Numbered from the stretch's first letter, positions 8,952 to 17,741 are shown. The stretch is DNA of 30,655 nt from a virus (IMGVR_UViG_3300037882_000906:1-30655), one strand, 5' to 3'. Made by a program: numbers and translations. Notes: generated by a model not told the origin, from the letters alone.

Positions 8952-10202
8952 ATGGACGAACAGGAACGACTGCAACGGATTCTAGGGAGGTCTGCACCCG
9001 CGCAGAGTGGCCCTGCCATGCAGAATCCTGTTCCGCAGTGGCTCCGAGAGGCGTTGGCCCCTGAGAATGCGTCCGTGCTGGATTCCTGGCCCGAGAAAGC
9101 GGCGAAGGCGACAGGGAGGTTTTTGGGTCTGGATGACCCGCAAAGCCAGTTGCTTTCGATCCTGAACCCGACAGAGACGGGTGTGGGGGGGCTGTCAAAA
9201 GCTATCGGTACCTTGATGAAGCGTGTGAAGAATCCCATCAAGGCGTATCACGGCTCGCCGCATGACTTCGACCAGTTCAGCCTGAGCAAGATCGGGACGG
9301 GGGAAGGGGCGCAAGCCTACGGGCATGGGCTGTACTTCGCGGAACAGGAAGCGGTCGCCAAGGAATACGCCAACCAACTCGCACAGGCACCGCGGGTGGT
9401 GAACGACAAGGGCGAGACGGTATATCAGGCGATGGGGTCGCACACGTCGCGCACGGGGCCAACCGCGAGCAAGGAGGTGGAGCCGTGGGGAATGGCCCTT
9501 GCGAGTGCCAACGGTAATCATGCGAAGGCGCTGAAGGTTGCTAAGTCAGAACTAGCGAAAGCCATTGAGTCTGATAGGCGCATGGCCGAGATGGGGTTCG
9601 TGAATCACAATCCGTCCGCGCCGTATCGCCAATCCATCGTAGACGGCCTGATTGCAAACAAGGGCAAGGCGCAATATCAACCCGGCACGCGCATGTACGA
9701 AGTCTCCATCCACGCTGATCCCGAGGACTTCCTCGATTGGGATGCGCCCCTGAGCCAGCAGAGCGAGAAGGTGCGGCAGATCGCCCAGCAAGTTGGCCCC
9801 GGTTCTGGATTGGGGCCGACCAAGGCAAAGATGCAGGCATTCGTGTCTGGCGGGGAGGATGCGTCACGCGGAATAATTGCGAAGGGCGAAGACCTTTACA
9901 GGGCGGCATCCGACTACGGCGGCAAGTCGGTTGAGGGGTCCGAGGCATTGAAAAGAGCTGGCATCCCCGGCATCAAGTATCTCGACGGCGCGTCCCGCTC
10001 AGCCGGTCAAGGCTCTCGGAATTACGTCGTGTTCGATGATGCCTTGATTGAGATTCGGAAGAAATACGCGCATTTGCTGCCGGTCCTAGGCGCGGCTGAG
10101 TTCGCTCGCCGCACGGAAGCGATGGCGATGGAATCTCAGAAAGACAAACTGCCGCAGGCCGCGCTTGAACAGACGCTGGGCGCGAAGAAAGGTGGATACT
10201 AA
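8952..10202 (+). CDS. ADP-ribosyltransferase-fold protein, ART-PolyVal-like (416 aa)
   Basis: AYHGSPHDFDQFSLSKIGTGEGAQAYGHGLYFAE..AVAKEY, MYEVSI...LDWDAPLSQQ and GIPGIKYLDG.SR....SRNYVVFDD match the ART domain of phage/plasmid polyvalent proteins. Start moved to ATG 8952. Confidence 0.8.
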   Translation: MDEQERLQRILGRSAPAQSGPAMQNPVPQWLREALAPENASVLDSWPEKAAKATGRFLGLDDPQSQLLSILNPTETGVGGLSKAIGTLMKRVKNPIKAYHGSPHDFDQFSLSKIGTGEGAQAYGHGLYFAEQEAVAKEYANQLAQAPRVVNDKGETVYQAMGSHTSRTGPTASKEVEPWGMALASANGNHAKALKVAKSELAKAIESDRRMAEMGFVNHNPSAPYRQSIVDGLIANKGKAQYQPGTRMYEVSIHADPEDFLDWDAPLSQQSEKVRQIAQQVGPGSGLGPTKAKMQAFVSGGEDASRGIIAKGEDLYRAASDYGGKSVEGSEALKRAGIPGIKYLDGASRSAGQGSRNYVVFDDALIEIRKKYAHLLPVLGAAEFARRTEAMAMESQKDKLPQAALEQTLGAKKGGY

Positions 10203-10212
10203 GTATCCACCT
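10190..10212. promoter_or_regulatory. Perfect palindrome 1 (putative operator) AGGTGGATACT-A-AGTATCCACCT
   Basis: 11-bp arms with a 1-nt centre, overlapping the ART stop codon. The palindrome is directly visible; the operator role is inferred. Confidence 0.7.
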
Positions 10213-10229
10213 AGGGGCATGATTTTCTT

Positions 10230-10250
10230 ACTGGATACTGAGTATCCAGT
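10230..10250. promoter_or_regulatory. Perfect palindrome 2 (putative operator) ACTGGATACT-G-AGTATCCAGT
   Basis: 10-bp arms. Shares the core TGGATACT-N-AGTATCCA with palindrome 1, and the centres are 39 bp apart. Confidence 0.7.
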
Positions 10251-10260
10251 GGAGTAAAGT
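10232..10260 (+). promoter_or_regulatory. Candidate sigma70-type promoter for the scaffold-capsid operon
   Basis: TGGATA (10232-10237), 17-nt spacer, TAAAGT (10255-10260). Each hexamer matches consensus 4/6, in an AT-rich patch. Confidence 0.4.
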
Positions 10261-10277
10261 GTGAGTCGTGTAGCTAG

Positions 10278-10440
10278 GCGCGGACTGATCCCCGCGTGAC
10301 ACCCGTTCCCTGAGCGGGCTACCGAACAACAGGGACACATCGGATTAGGGCCGTGTGACTCCGCCAGATAGGCGTGGTTGCATGGCCCTTTTCTCTTGGG
10401 TTCCTGGGGTTTTCGAGCGTCCCGCGCGACACAGGGACAG
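10278..10440 (+). ncRNA. Candidate structured cis-regulatory leader RNA upstream of the scaffold gene
   Basis: Hairpin GCGCGG/CCGCGT, then stem CCCGTT/AGCGGG whose loop CCCTG is complementary to CAGGG at 10330. A terminator-like long stem and a GTCCC/GGGAC hairpin next to the SD follow. Confidence 0.4.
10347..10397 (+). terminator. Intrinsic terminator-like hairpin in the intergenic region
   Basis: AGGGCCGTGTGAC pairs with GTTGCATGGCCCT (13 bp, 3 G-U). Inner stem CGCC/GGCG. Followed by TTTCTCTT. Confidence 0.55.
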
Positions 10441-10452
10441 AGGAGAGTACGG

Positions 10453-11442
10453 ATGAGCGACACGCTCGTAGACGGACTGGCCGCGACTGCGAACCAGCCC
10501 ACGGCCGACACCCCATCGACGCCCGACGCGGCTCTGGATGCCGTGTTTGACGCCCCCGAGGCCCCGGCCGCCTCGGAACCTTCGGACCCGTCCGCCCCAG
10601 TGCCCGAGCCTGCTGCCGCGACAGCGCAGCCACTGACGCCGACCGACCCGAATGCCAAGGGAGAACCCCCGCGCGAACGCTGGGACTCGATTCTGGAGAA
10701 TGCGCGTCGGAAAGAGCGCGAGGCCACGCTGGCCACCTACAAAGACCATCTGGAGGTCGTCAAACGCCTCCAAGAGGACTTTCCGGGGACGCTGGCGCAG
10801 TTACTGGAGGAAGGGTCGATTGACCCCCGCTTCAGTGAACAACTGACCTCCCGCGCTGCCGCGATCCTCGCCGCCCGCAACAAGACTGCTAAGGCCGACG
10901 CAGAGCCCGAGCCGGACTTGCAGACGAGCGATGGGGCCTTGGTCTACTCGGCGGATCAACTCCGCAAGTGGCACCAGTGGAACACCGTCCAGACCGAGAA
11001 GACGCTGACCGCCAAGTTTGCCCCGTTGCAGCAGTTGCAGCAGCGGTTTGAACAGCATCAGCAGACCCAGAAACTCGCACAGGAAGCGGCCACGGTGGCC
11101 GAGAAGCGTGGAGCCCAGTGGAAGGAGATGCCGTTCTTTGCCGAGCATCAGCCCGCCATTGTCGCCCGACAAGCGGAGATTTACGCTGAGATGCAAGGCC
11201 AACCCGGATTCGATCCTGTCGGATCGCCCTGGGATGCCCTCCAGCAGGCGTACCGCGAAGTCATTACCACGCAGGCGCTCCCGAAGCTCCAGTCGCAGCA
11301 GACCGACTCGCTGGTGGCGAGTGCCCAACGCAAGCGGGCGGCCAACAGCAGCGATCCGAGCGCGAGTGCGCCGGCGCAACCCCGAAAACCGCGCACCGTC
11401 GATGAAGCGTTAGACCAAGTGTTTGACGGCATCGCCGTGTAG
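10453..11442 (+). CDS. Capsid scaffolding protein (329 aa)
   Basis: AGGAG SD at 10441. P/A/D-rich N-terminus, IPxxR-like EPPRERW, Q-rich coiled coil and C-terminal KPRTVDEALDQVF. Immediately upstream of the capsid gene. Confidence 0.8.
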   Translation: MSDTLVDGLAATANQPTADTPSTPDAALDAVFDAPEAPAASEPSDPSAPVPEPAAATAQPLTPTDPNAKGEPPRERWDSILENARRKEREATLATYKDHLEVVKRLQEDFPGTLAQLLEEGSIDPRFSEQLTSRAAAILAARNKTAKADAEPEPDLQTSDGALVYSADQLRKWHQWNTVQTEKTLTAKFAPLQQLQQRFEQHQQTQKLAQEAATVAEKRGAQWKEMPFFAEHQPAIVARQAEIYAEMQGQPGFDPVGSPWDALQQAYREVITTQALPKLQSQQTDSLVASAQRKRAANSSDPSASAPAQPRKPRTVDEALDQVFDGIAV

Positions 11443-11462
11443 CGCATGTGAGGTAGATCGTT

Positions 11463-12434
11463 ATGGCGAATCCGAATGTCGGTCAGTTGGTGTCACAGGC
11501 GTGGCAGAAGCTGACCAATGATGGGAAACCCGAAGACAACATCTTCGAGGAGTATTCTGAACTCAAACGCTTCGAAAGCGGCAAGGCGTTCCGGCCGTTC
11601 ACCGGCGGGCGCTCGCTCATCGGCACGATTGAATACGCGGTCAACTCGACCGTGGCGTCCATCACCCCGACCCAGTCGCTCGACACGTCGATGGTGGACG
11701 TGTTTGACGAGTGGGAAGCGAACTGGAAGCAGTACGCGGGCACCTTCTCCATGACCTCGGTCGAGGATGCCGTGAACCGCGGCGACTCGGCCAAGTTCAA
11801 TCTGGAAAAGGGCAAGCTGAAGAATCTCCGCGCCTCGATGCGGAAGCGCATCAACGAGGACATCTTCGGTGCGACCGCGAACGCGACCGACCTGAGCGGC
11901 CTCCAGTCGCTCGTCCCGGATAGCCCCTCGACGGGCACCGTGGAAGGCATCAATGCCGCCACCTACATGTTCTGGCGCTCGAAGCAGACCACCGGCACCC
12001 AGACGACCAGCGCCTACGACAACCTGCGCTCGTCGATGCGGACGATTCGCACTTCCTGCTCGAAGGGGCAGGGCGTGATGTATCCCACCCGCTACGTCAC
12101 CGGCTCCGGCACGGCCAACGGCTACGAGTCGTTGCTGATCGCTAACGAGCGGATCATGGACAAGAAGGACAGTTCGGCCAACGGCGGCTTCCAGGGTGAC
12201 GTGTACTACTTCGGCACCGCGAAGCTGTTCTGGGATGGCGACTGCGCCGACGCGCGCATGTATGCGCTGAACACCGAGAACATCCAGATGGCCTATCAGA
12301 CCGGCTACTGGTTCAAGGGCTACCCGGCGGTGAATCCCGCCAATCAGTTGCTGAACGTCTTCAAGGCGGAGACGCAGTGCCAGCTGATCGCCAACAACCG
12401 GCGCCACCTCGGCGTCATCACATCGATCACCTAG
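11463..12434 (+). CDS. Major capsid protein (323 aa)
   Basis: GAGGT SD. DNIF, GGRSLIGTIEYAVNST, WKQYAG, GLQSLV, GTVEGIN.ATY.FWR and NRRHLGVI motifs of a common environmental HK97-fold MCP family. Strong codon bias. Confidence 0.9.
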   Translation: MANPNVGQLVSQAWQKLTNDGKPEDNIFEEYSELKRFESGKAFRPFTGGRSLIGTIEYAVNSTVASITPTQSLDTSMVDVFDEWEANWKQYAGTFSMTSVEDAVNRGDSAKFNLEKGKLKNLRASMRKRINEDIFGATANATDLSGLQSLVPDSPSTGTVEGINAATYMFWRSKQTTGTQTTSAYDNLRSSMRTIRTSCSKGQGVMYPTRYVTGSGTANGYESLLIANERIMDKKDSSANGGFQGDVYYFGTAKLFWDGDCADARMYALNTENIQMAYQTGYWFKGYPAVNPANQLLNVFKAETQCQLIANNRRHLGVITSIT

Positions 12435-12446
12435 GAGCATTGCATC

Positions 12447-13178
12447 ATGGCAGGACAACTCACTTCTGATCCGCAGGGCATCGGACTGGCGCTGTACCAG
12501 TCGTCAGCCACGCAAACGCACTTCCTGGGCGAACGGGCGGTGACGGCCGATGGCCGCGTCTTCCGGTATGCCAAGGCAGGTGCCTCGGCGCTGGTGGCGG
12601 GGAACTTCATTCAGTCCCCCGCGCAGCTCGCCAATCACCAGAATATCGCGGTGGCGGCGGCGGCGATTGGGGCAACCCAGATCACCGTCACGCTCGGCGC
12701 GACGGCGGCCACAGCCGGCCAGTATGCCGGCGGTCAGGCGGTCGTGACGATCACGCCCGGTCTGGGACAGGCCATCAACATCCTCGGGAATCCGGCGGCG
12801 GACGCCTCCGCAACCTTGGTGTTGACGCTGGCGGAACCGCTCCGCGTGGCGCTGACCTCTTCGACGCGCATTGACCTGATTCCGAACCCGTACAACGGGG
12901 TCATTCAGGTACCGGTCACGACCCTCACGGGTGCGGTGGTGGGCGTGGCGACCTACATCATTGCGGCGTCCGAGTTCGGCTGGTTGCAGCGGGCCGGCCC
13001 GGTTGGTGCGCTGATTGCGGGCACCCCGGCCGTGGGCCTTGGTGTCGGCTTCCCGACGAGCGCGGCGGGCGCGGCGGTCATTGATGACGCGGCGACGGCG
13101 GGCTTCCACACGGTCGGCACGATGCTCTCGACCGGCGGCAATGGTGAGTGCAACGGCGTGATGCTCGCACTCGAATAA
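12447..13178 (+). CDS. Capsid cement/decoration-like protein (243 aa)
   Basis: Follows the MCP with an AGGAG SD. LGERAVTADGRVFRYAKAG and FGWLQRAGP motifs. A/G/T-rich. Confidence 0.7.
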   Translation: MAGQLTSDPQGIGLALYQSSATQTHFLGERAVTADGRVFRYAKAGASALVAGNFIQSPAQLANHQNIAVAAAAIGATQITVTLGATAATAGQYAGGQAVVTITPGLGQAINILGNPAADASATLVLTLAEPLRVALTSSTRIDLIPNPYNGVIQVPVTTLTGAVVGVATYIIAASEFGWLQRAGPVGALIAGTPAVGLGVGFPTSAAGAAVIDDAATAGFHTVGTMLSTGGNGECNGVMLALE

Positions 13179-13184
13179 CCACGC

Positions 13185-13221
13185 GACCGGGAGGGGGCGA
13201 TCCTTCCTCCCGGTCCTTTTT
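13185..13221 (+). terminator. Intrinsic terminator after the capsid genes
   Basis: GACCGGGAGGGGG-cgat-CCTTCCTCCCGGTC followed by CTTTTT. Confidence 0.85.
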
Positions 13222-13233
13222 CAGGAGGGGCGC

Positions 13234-13974
13234 ATGCCTCGCAGACGGAATCTCAATCTCGCGGGTGAACTGGGGGACGATGTGGACGTGACCGAAGACG
13301 AAGCCTTGGCGGCTGAAACGCTCATCCCCGTGGCCCCTGTGGTCACCCCGCCTCCCGCGGCGCCCGCCTCATTCACGATGACGGCGGCGGATCTCCAGAA
13401 CATGGTCACGGCGGCCGTCTCCGCCGCGCAGTCCGGCAATGCCGAACTCGCGCAGGCGGTCACCAAGGGCATTGCGGATGCCCGCGAACCCATCCCGGAG
13501 AACAAGATCGGCCCCGCCATCAGTGACGCGAATCCCTTGGGTGAACGCGATCATCCTCGGCCCGGCCTGAAGTGCGATATCGCCTTCGGCGTGCAGGATC
13601 GGCAGACCAAAGTCGTGCAGGACACCATCACGATTGAAGCGGCGGATCTGACCGCGCAGGAGCAGATTGCGCTGAACACGTTGACCCCGATGCAGGCCGT
13701 GATCAAGCGGTTGGACGGCGTGCCGTTCAAGGTGTCCATCGTGCCGACGACCGACCCGGTGACGGATCAGGTGTCGAAGCTCACGATTGTCGTGCCGACC
13801 GAGATCACCGGCAAGGGCTCGTTGGTCAAGAACATGCTCCCAGGCCCGTTGTCGATTGTGCAGCAGTTGACCGGCCGCGACTTCTCCACCCTCGCGGGGG
13901 AGGAACTCGCGTGGTTCATGGCGGAACACCGCGCGAAGCGGTATGTAAGCGTGCGTGAACTGACGGCGGCGTGA
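13234..13974 (+). CDS. Hypothetical protein of the head-tail region (246 aa)
   Basis: AGGAGG SD. Acidic/Pro-rich N-terminus, globular C-terminus. Confidence 0.8.
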   Translation: MPRRRNLNLAGELGDDVDVTEDEALAAETLIPVAPVVTPPPAAPASFTMTAADLQNMVTAAVSAAQSGNAELAQAVTKGIADAREPIPENKIGPAISDANPLGERDHPRPGLKCDIAFGVQDRQTKVVQDTITIEAADLTAQEQIALNTLTPMQAVIKRLDGVPFKVSIVPTTDPVTDQVSKLTIVVPTEITGKGSLVKNMLPGPLSIVQQLTGRDFSTLAGEELAWFMAEHRAKRYVSVRELTAA

Positions 13975-13975
13975 C

Positions 13976-14671
13976 ATGACCCTGCTGGAGATCGAGACGG
14001 AACTCGCGCGGGAGACGAATAAGAACGCGACGACGCTGGAGACGGCGACCAAAGCCCGGTTTCTCGCGGAAATCAATCGCGCCTATCGTCGCCTCGCGTC
14101 GTTGCCGGGGTTGCAGCATCTCCGGGATACCACCACCACGTTTCCCTCGGTGGCGGGGCAGGCGCTGTATTCGATTGCGTCGGTGGCGAAAATCAATCGG
14201 ATCTGGGATACCGCGAATCGGCGGTATCTCAATCCCATGTCCATGATGCAGTATCGGCAACTATCGCCGGAAGCCATCACGGACAACCAGGGCACGCCGT
14301 TGTTCTGGGTCTGGCGCGGTGGCACGGGTGGGGTCGCCAGTCCCACCTATGACCTGTATCTCTACCAGACTCCGAATGCGGTCATCACTTACACGGCGGA
14401 TGTCACATCCGTGTTGACGGCGTTGTCAGCGGATGCCGATATCCCGATTCTTCCGGTGGACTTCCATGACCTGCTGTTTCTCTGGCCGCTGGTGGATGAA
14501 TACCGGCGGATGGATGACACGCGGATGTCGATTGTGGCGGCACAGGCGAAGGAACGTGAAGCGCAGTTTAAGTGCTGGATGCATGAAACGGCATCTGGCA
14601 TGACCTCGATTTCAGAGAACGGGCTGGCGATCACGTCGCAGCTCGGCCCGGAATTTCCGGCAGGATCATAA
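13976..14671 (+). CDS. Head-to-tail adaptor (tail tubular protein A-like, 231 aa)
   Basis: MTLLEI...EINRAY N-terminus, VAGQALYSI, GTP..W, LYLYQTP and DADIPILPVDFHDLL motifs. Position after the capsid genes. Confidence 0.8.
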   Translation: MTLLEIETELARETNKNATTLETATKARFLAEINRAYRRLASLPGLQHLRDTTTTFPSVAGQALYSIASVAKINRIWDTANRRYLNPMSMMQYRQLSPEAITDNQGTPLFWVWRGGTGGVASPTYDLYLYQTPNAVITYTADVTSVLTALSADADIPILPVDFHDLLFLWPLVDEYRRMDDTRMSIVAAQAKEREAQFKCWMHETASGMTSISENGLAITSQLGPEFPAGS

Positions 14672-14674
14672 CCG

Positions 14675-15511
14675 ATGGCCTATGTAGCCCCCACCACCCG
14701 CGCCGATGGCTACGTCGTGGATGCGACCGAGTGGGACCAAAACGTCGTAGATAACGTCATTGCCCTCCGCTCGGGCGCCCTCTCGGTGGCGTCTCAGGCG
14801 ACTGGCGATGTCATGGCCGCGTCCTCATCGACGCAACTCGCCCGGGTCGCCCCGGCCGCCGCGAAAACCGCCCTCATCAGTAATGGTGCTGGTGTGGCAC
14901 CGACCTTCCAGTCGGTCACCGTGACCGGGCAGGCCGAGGGCGACGTCATCATCGCCAACAGCACGACGTCGCTGAAGGTCGTCACCCCGGCGACGGCTGG
15001 GCATGTCCTGACGAGTGCGGGCGCGGCGACGGCGCCGGTCTTTGCCGCGCAAACCATGAGTCTGTTGAAGGCGAATAGTGGCACGACCACAGCGGCCGGT
15101 GCGGAGAACGTCGATACGTTTGCCATCACGGGCTTAACGGCGAAGGATACGCTGTTCGTGGTCGGCACCGTCCGTGCGGCTACGCAGGCGGTGTCTACGA
15201 TCCGCCTCTACAACAGCACGGATAGCGTGGAGATCACGCCGATCAACGACCAGGGTGGGTCGGGCGACTACGCGGCGAACCAATACGGGATTTTTCAGTG
15301 CAATATTCGTCAGACCCAGAGTTCTGCGACGGTAATCATGGGCATGACGGATCTCCAGAACGCGAACAACACCCGGAATAGCCTCGGCTTAGGGTCGTCG
15401 TTTACGACCGCGTGGACAGGGGCGTGGACACTGGCGTTGCGTCATAGCGGCGTGGTGGCCGGTGGCACATTTGAATGGTCATGGGCGGTCTACAAGATCG
15501 CTGGGCAGTAA
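14675..15511 (+). CDS. Tail fibre-like protein (278 aa)
   Basis: N-terminal anchor (VVDATEWDQNVVDN), two GDV..A.S...L..V.P......L.S.GA..AP.F fibre repeats, beta-rich C-terminal domain. Confidence 0.7.
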   Translation: MAYVAPTTRADGYVVDATEWDQNVVDNVIALRSGALSVASQATGDVMAASSSTQLARVAPAAAKTALISNGAGVAPTFQSVTVTGQAEGDVIIANSTTSLKVVTPATAGHVLTSAGAATAPVFAAQTMSLLKANSGTTTAAGAENVDTFAITGLTAKDTLFVVGTVRAATQAVSTIRLYNSTDSVEITPINDQGGSGDYAANQYGIFQCNIRQTQSSATVIMGMTDLQNANNTRNSLGLGSSFTTAWTGAWTLALRHSGVVAGGTFEWSWAVYKIAGQ

Positions 15512-15736
15512 ATGGCTGATGTCACTCTCACGGTCACCAACGCGCAAATTATCGTCCTGAAGCGACTGGACGCGGTGAAGACTGCCCGACAGGTCTTGCA
15601 GGAGCACGTCGATACATGGCTGCTGCCATACGTGGAACAGTTGGACATGGAAGACTACGACGCGATCCGTGAGGCATATCGCGCTGCCTCCCCGGCCGTG
15701 CGAACACAGGTCAGAACGGACCTCGGTCTTGGCTAG
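15512..15736 (+). CDS. Small helical protein, possible fibre chaperone (74 aa)
   Basis: Starts directly after the fibre stop. Function inferred from position only. Confidence 0.6.
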   Translation: MADVTLTVTNAQIIVLKRLDAVKTARQVLQEHVDTWLLPYVEQLDMEDYDAIREAYRAASPAVRTQVRTDLGLG

Positions 15737-17741
15737 TGCCGATGTGTCCACCTGGAACCTAGGCCCGCATCAGGGGCTGAACCAACGCGGATTCGCGTTG
15801 GAGGGGGAGTCGTTTGTCCTCGAAGCCGACAACCTGAGTTTCCTCGCGGATGCATTCCTCTCGATGCGGAACGCCTTCACGGATGAATCGCTGACGTCTT
15901 CGGGCTTCACTGGGGAGATTCAGTGGCTCGGGCGGCACGTCACCAATGACGGCACAGAGGAACTCTGGGCGGCGGCGAACAACAGCGGCACCGTGGCCTG
16001 TGCGCGCAACGTCGCGGGAACCTGGTCAGCGGTTACGCTGATTGACACGCCGGTCTATACCAGTCTGACGCAGATGCATTCCGTCACGTTCAACGGCAAG
16101 TTGTTCCTCGCCTACGACAGCGCGGTCAATCGCTTACATGTCTGGGACGGTACGAGCGTCCGGCGGGTCGGGATTACCGTCTCCGGCGTGGGGAGTGCGG
16201 CCAACACCGGCGCCGGGGCCTACGCGGCGACAGCGCGGCAGTATCGGTTCTCGCAGCGGATCAAGAGCGGTACGGACATCATCGCGGAATCGGAACTCTC
16301 GGCGGCCATCAGTTTCACGCCCTCCGGGGCGGGGACGGCGGCTCGGATTACGCAGCCGTCGGTGGTGGATAGCGCGACCCATTGGGTGGTCTACGGCCTG
16401 ATCTCGTCGGCGGGGGATGTCTACGACCTCTACGAGGAACTGGCCGAGACGATCTACGGCTCCACCTATGATGACTCGACCGCGCCCGCGAGTTATGCGG
16501 GGGATGCCCCGCCCGTGCTGGCGAGCAACATCCCGCCCCCCAGCGCGAAGTTTCTCGCCACCGACAGCACGCGGCTGATCATGGCGGGCGCGTGGGAAAC
16601 CTCCGCGTCGGCGGGGCAGACCACCCCCGCCAAGAATCGGGTGTGGTTCTCGCGTCCCCTCGCGGCGACGGATGTGGGCGATGACGAGAACATCCCCAAT
16701 GGCCTCTGGCTAAACATCGGTGACGCGGGGCCGGTGACCGGCCTTGGATCGATCTACACCGATGTCTACGCCTTTAAAGGCGGATCGACCCATAAGCTCA
16801 TTCCGACGCAAGATCCCGATGGGCCGTTCTCGCGCAGTCTGATTAGCGATAATTTCGGCGCGGTCGGCCAGCGCGTGATTGTGAACGGCGAAACCGAAGA
16901 CGGCTACAGCGCGATCTACTTTGCTGACGATCACGCGGTCTATCGGTTGGCTTATGGTGCGGTCCTCCCGTTCTCGGAACCGGTCGGTCGGGATATGCGG
17001 ACGCAGCCGATTACCGCCACCGGCTCCGTCATGGCCTACGACCCCTATCGCCGCACTCTCCTGATCCAGATTGCGAACGGCGCCACGGGGATCTTGGGCA
17101 ATTATGCGGCGTTTCTGATGGACACCGTGAAGCGGAGATGGACGGGGTTCTCACTCGGGGGACAGACCTCCGGCTGGACGCTCGGCGCGTCGATGCTCGG
17201 CACGTCCACGATTCTCGCCGGGTCCAATGCGACGATTCGGGCGGCGGTCGTGGCGACCACCACTTCCGGGGCGGCGCGGCTCTATGTCGGCGGCCAAGAT
17301 GACGGCGGGGCGTCCCTCTTGCGATCGTGGAACGTCCGTAATGGTCTGGATGGCGATATTTCCTTCTCCTCGAAGGTCCGTGCCAGACGCACGTTCGGCC
17401 CCGGCAAGGTCGCCCAAATCTGGAATCCGACGCTGTATTACCGCAATCCGCAGGGGTCGGTCGCTGGGGCGCTCAGTTGCACGGTGACGATTGCCCGGAA
17501 CTACGACGCCGAAACGGTGACACAGACGTTCACGATGGATACCACGCAGGATGATAACGGCATCAGCGTCAAAGAGCAGATCCTGGAAGGGATCGAGTTC
17601 AGCGACGTGTCGGTGCTGGATGCGTCCGTAACGATGCTCTTCACACCCACGGTGGCGGGGACGGGGTTCAACTCCGTGACGACCCCGACCGTGGATGCGC
17701 TCGTCATTCCCTACAAGGTGCAGGAGCCCACCGCCCGATGA
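15729..17741 (+). CDS. Tail nozzle / tail tubular protein B-like (about 670 aa)
   Basis: FNGKLFLAY, RLIMAG, NRVWFSRP and VTGLG..YAFK beta-propeller-type motifs. Start uncertain (TTG 15729 or GTG 15744). Confidence 0.75.
   Translation: MASADVSTWNLGPHQGLNQRGFALEGESFVLEADNLSFLADAFLSMRNAFTDESLTSSGFTGEIQWLGRHVTNDGTEELWAAANNSGTVACARNVAGTWSAVTLIDTPVYTSLTQMHSVTFNGKLFLAYDSAVNRLHVWDGTSVRRVGITVSGVGSAANTGAGAYAATARQYRFSQRIKSGTDIIAESELSAAISFTPSGAGTAARITQPSVVDSATHWVVYGLISSAGDVYDLYEELAETIYGSTYDDSTAPASYAGDAPPVLASNIPPPSAKFLATDSTRLIMAGAWETSASAGQTTPAKNRVWFSRPLAATDVGDDENIPNGLWLNIGDAGPVTGLGSIYTDVYAFKGGSTHKLIPTQDPDGPFSRSLISDNFGAVGQRVIVNGETEDGYSAIYFADDHAVYRLAYGAVLPFSEPVGRDMRTQPITATGSVMAYDPYRRTLLIQIANGATGILGNYAAFLMDTVKRRWTGFSLGGQTSGWTLGASMLGTSTILAGSNATIRAAVVATTTSGAARLYVGGQDDGGASLLRSWNVRNGLDGDISFSSKVRARRTFGPGKVAQIWNPTLYYRNPQGSVAGALSCTVTIARNYDAETVTQTFTMDTTQDDNGISVKEQILEGIEFSDVSVLDASVTMLFTPTVAGTGFNSVTTPTVDALVIPYKVQEPTAR

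Noticed and set aside
10190-10250. Palindromes as a protelomerase site, N4-type hairpin promoter, dif/att site or CRISPR repeats
   Set aside because: Odd 1-nt centre and short arms, loops are not GNA, there is no 6-8 bp crossover spacer, only two copies 17 nt apart, and no matching enzyme in the window.
10278-10340. Hammerhead or HDV-like ribozyme
   Set aside because: CUGAUCC is not the CUGANGA core with a matching GAAA, and I could not build the nested double pseudoknot by eye.
10378-10452. Longer scaffold start at 10378, and similar upstream starts at 80, 3298, 7858, 8913, 20243, 22947, 28622, 29323
   Set aside because: Downstream starts have SD sequences or stop-start coupling, while the extensions overlap other genes or RNA structure.
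11493-12458. Long antisense ORFs (321 aa here, 317 aa at 21388, and many others)
   Set aside because: Shadow frames expected from GC-rich codon bias opposite well-supported genes. No SD, coupling or motifs.
388-15511. Diversity-generating retroelement acting on fibre genes
   Set aside because: No reverse transcriptase and no roughly 100-bp repeat pair differing at adenines was seen.
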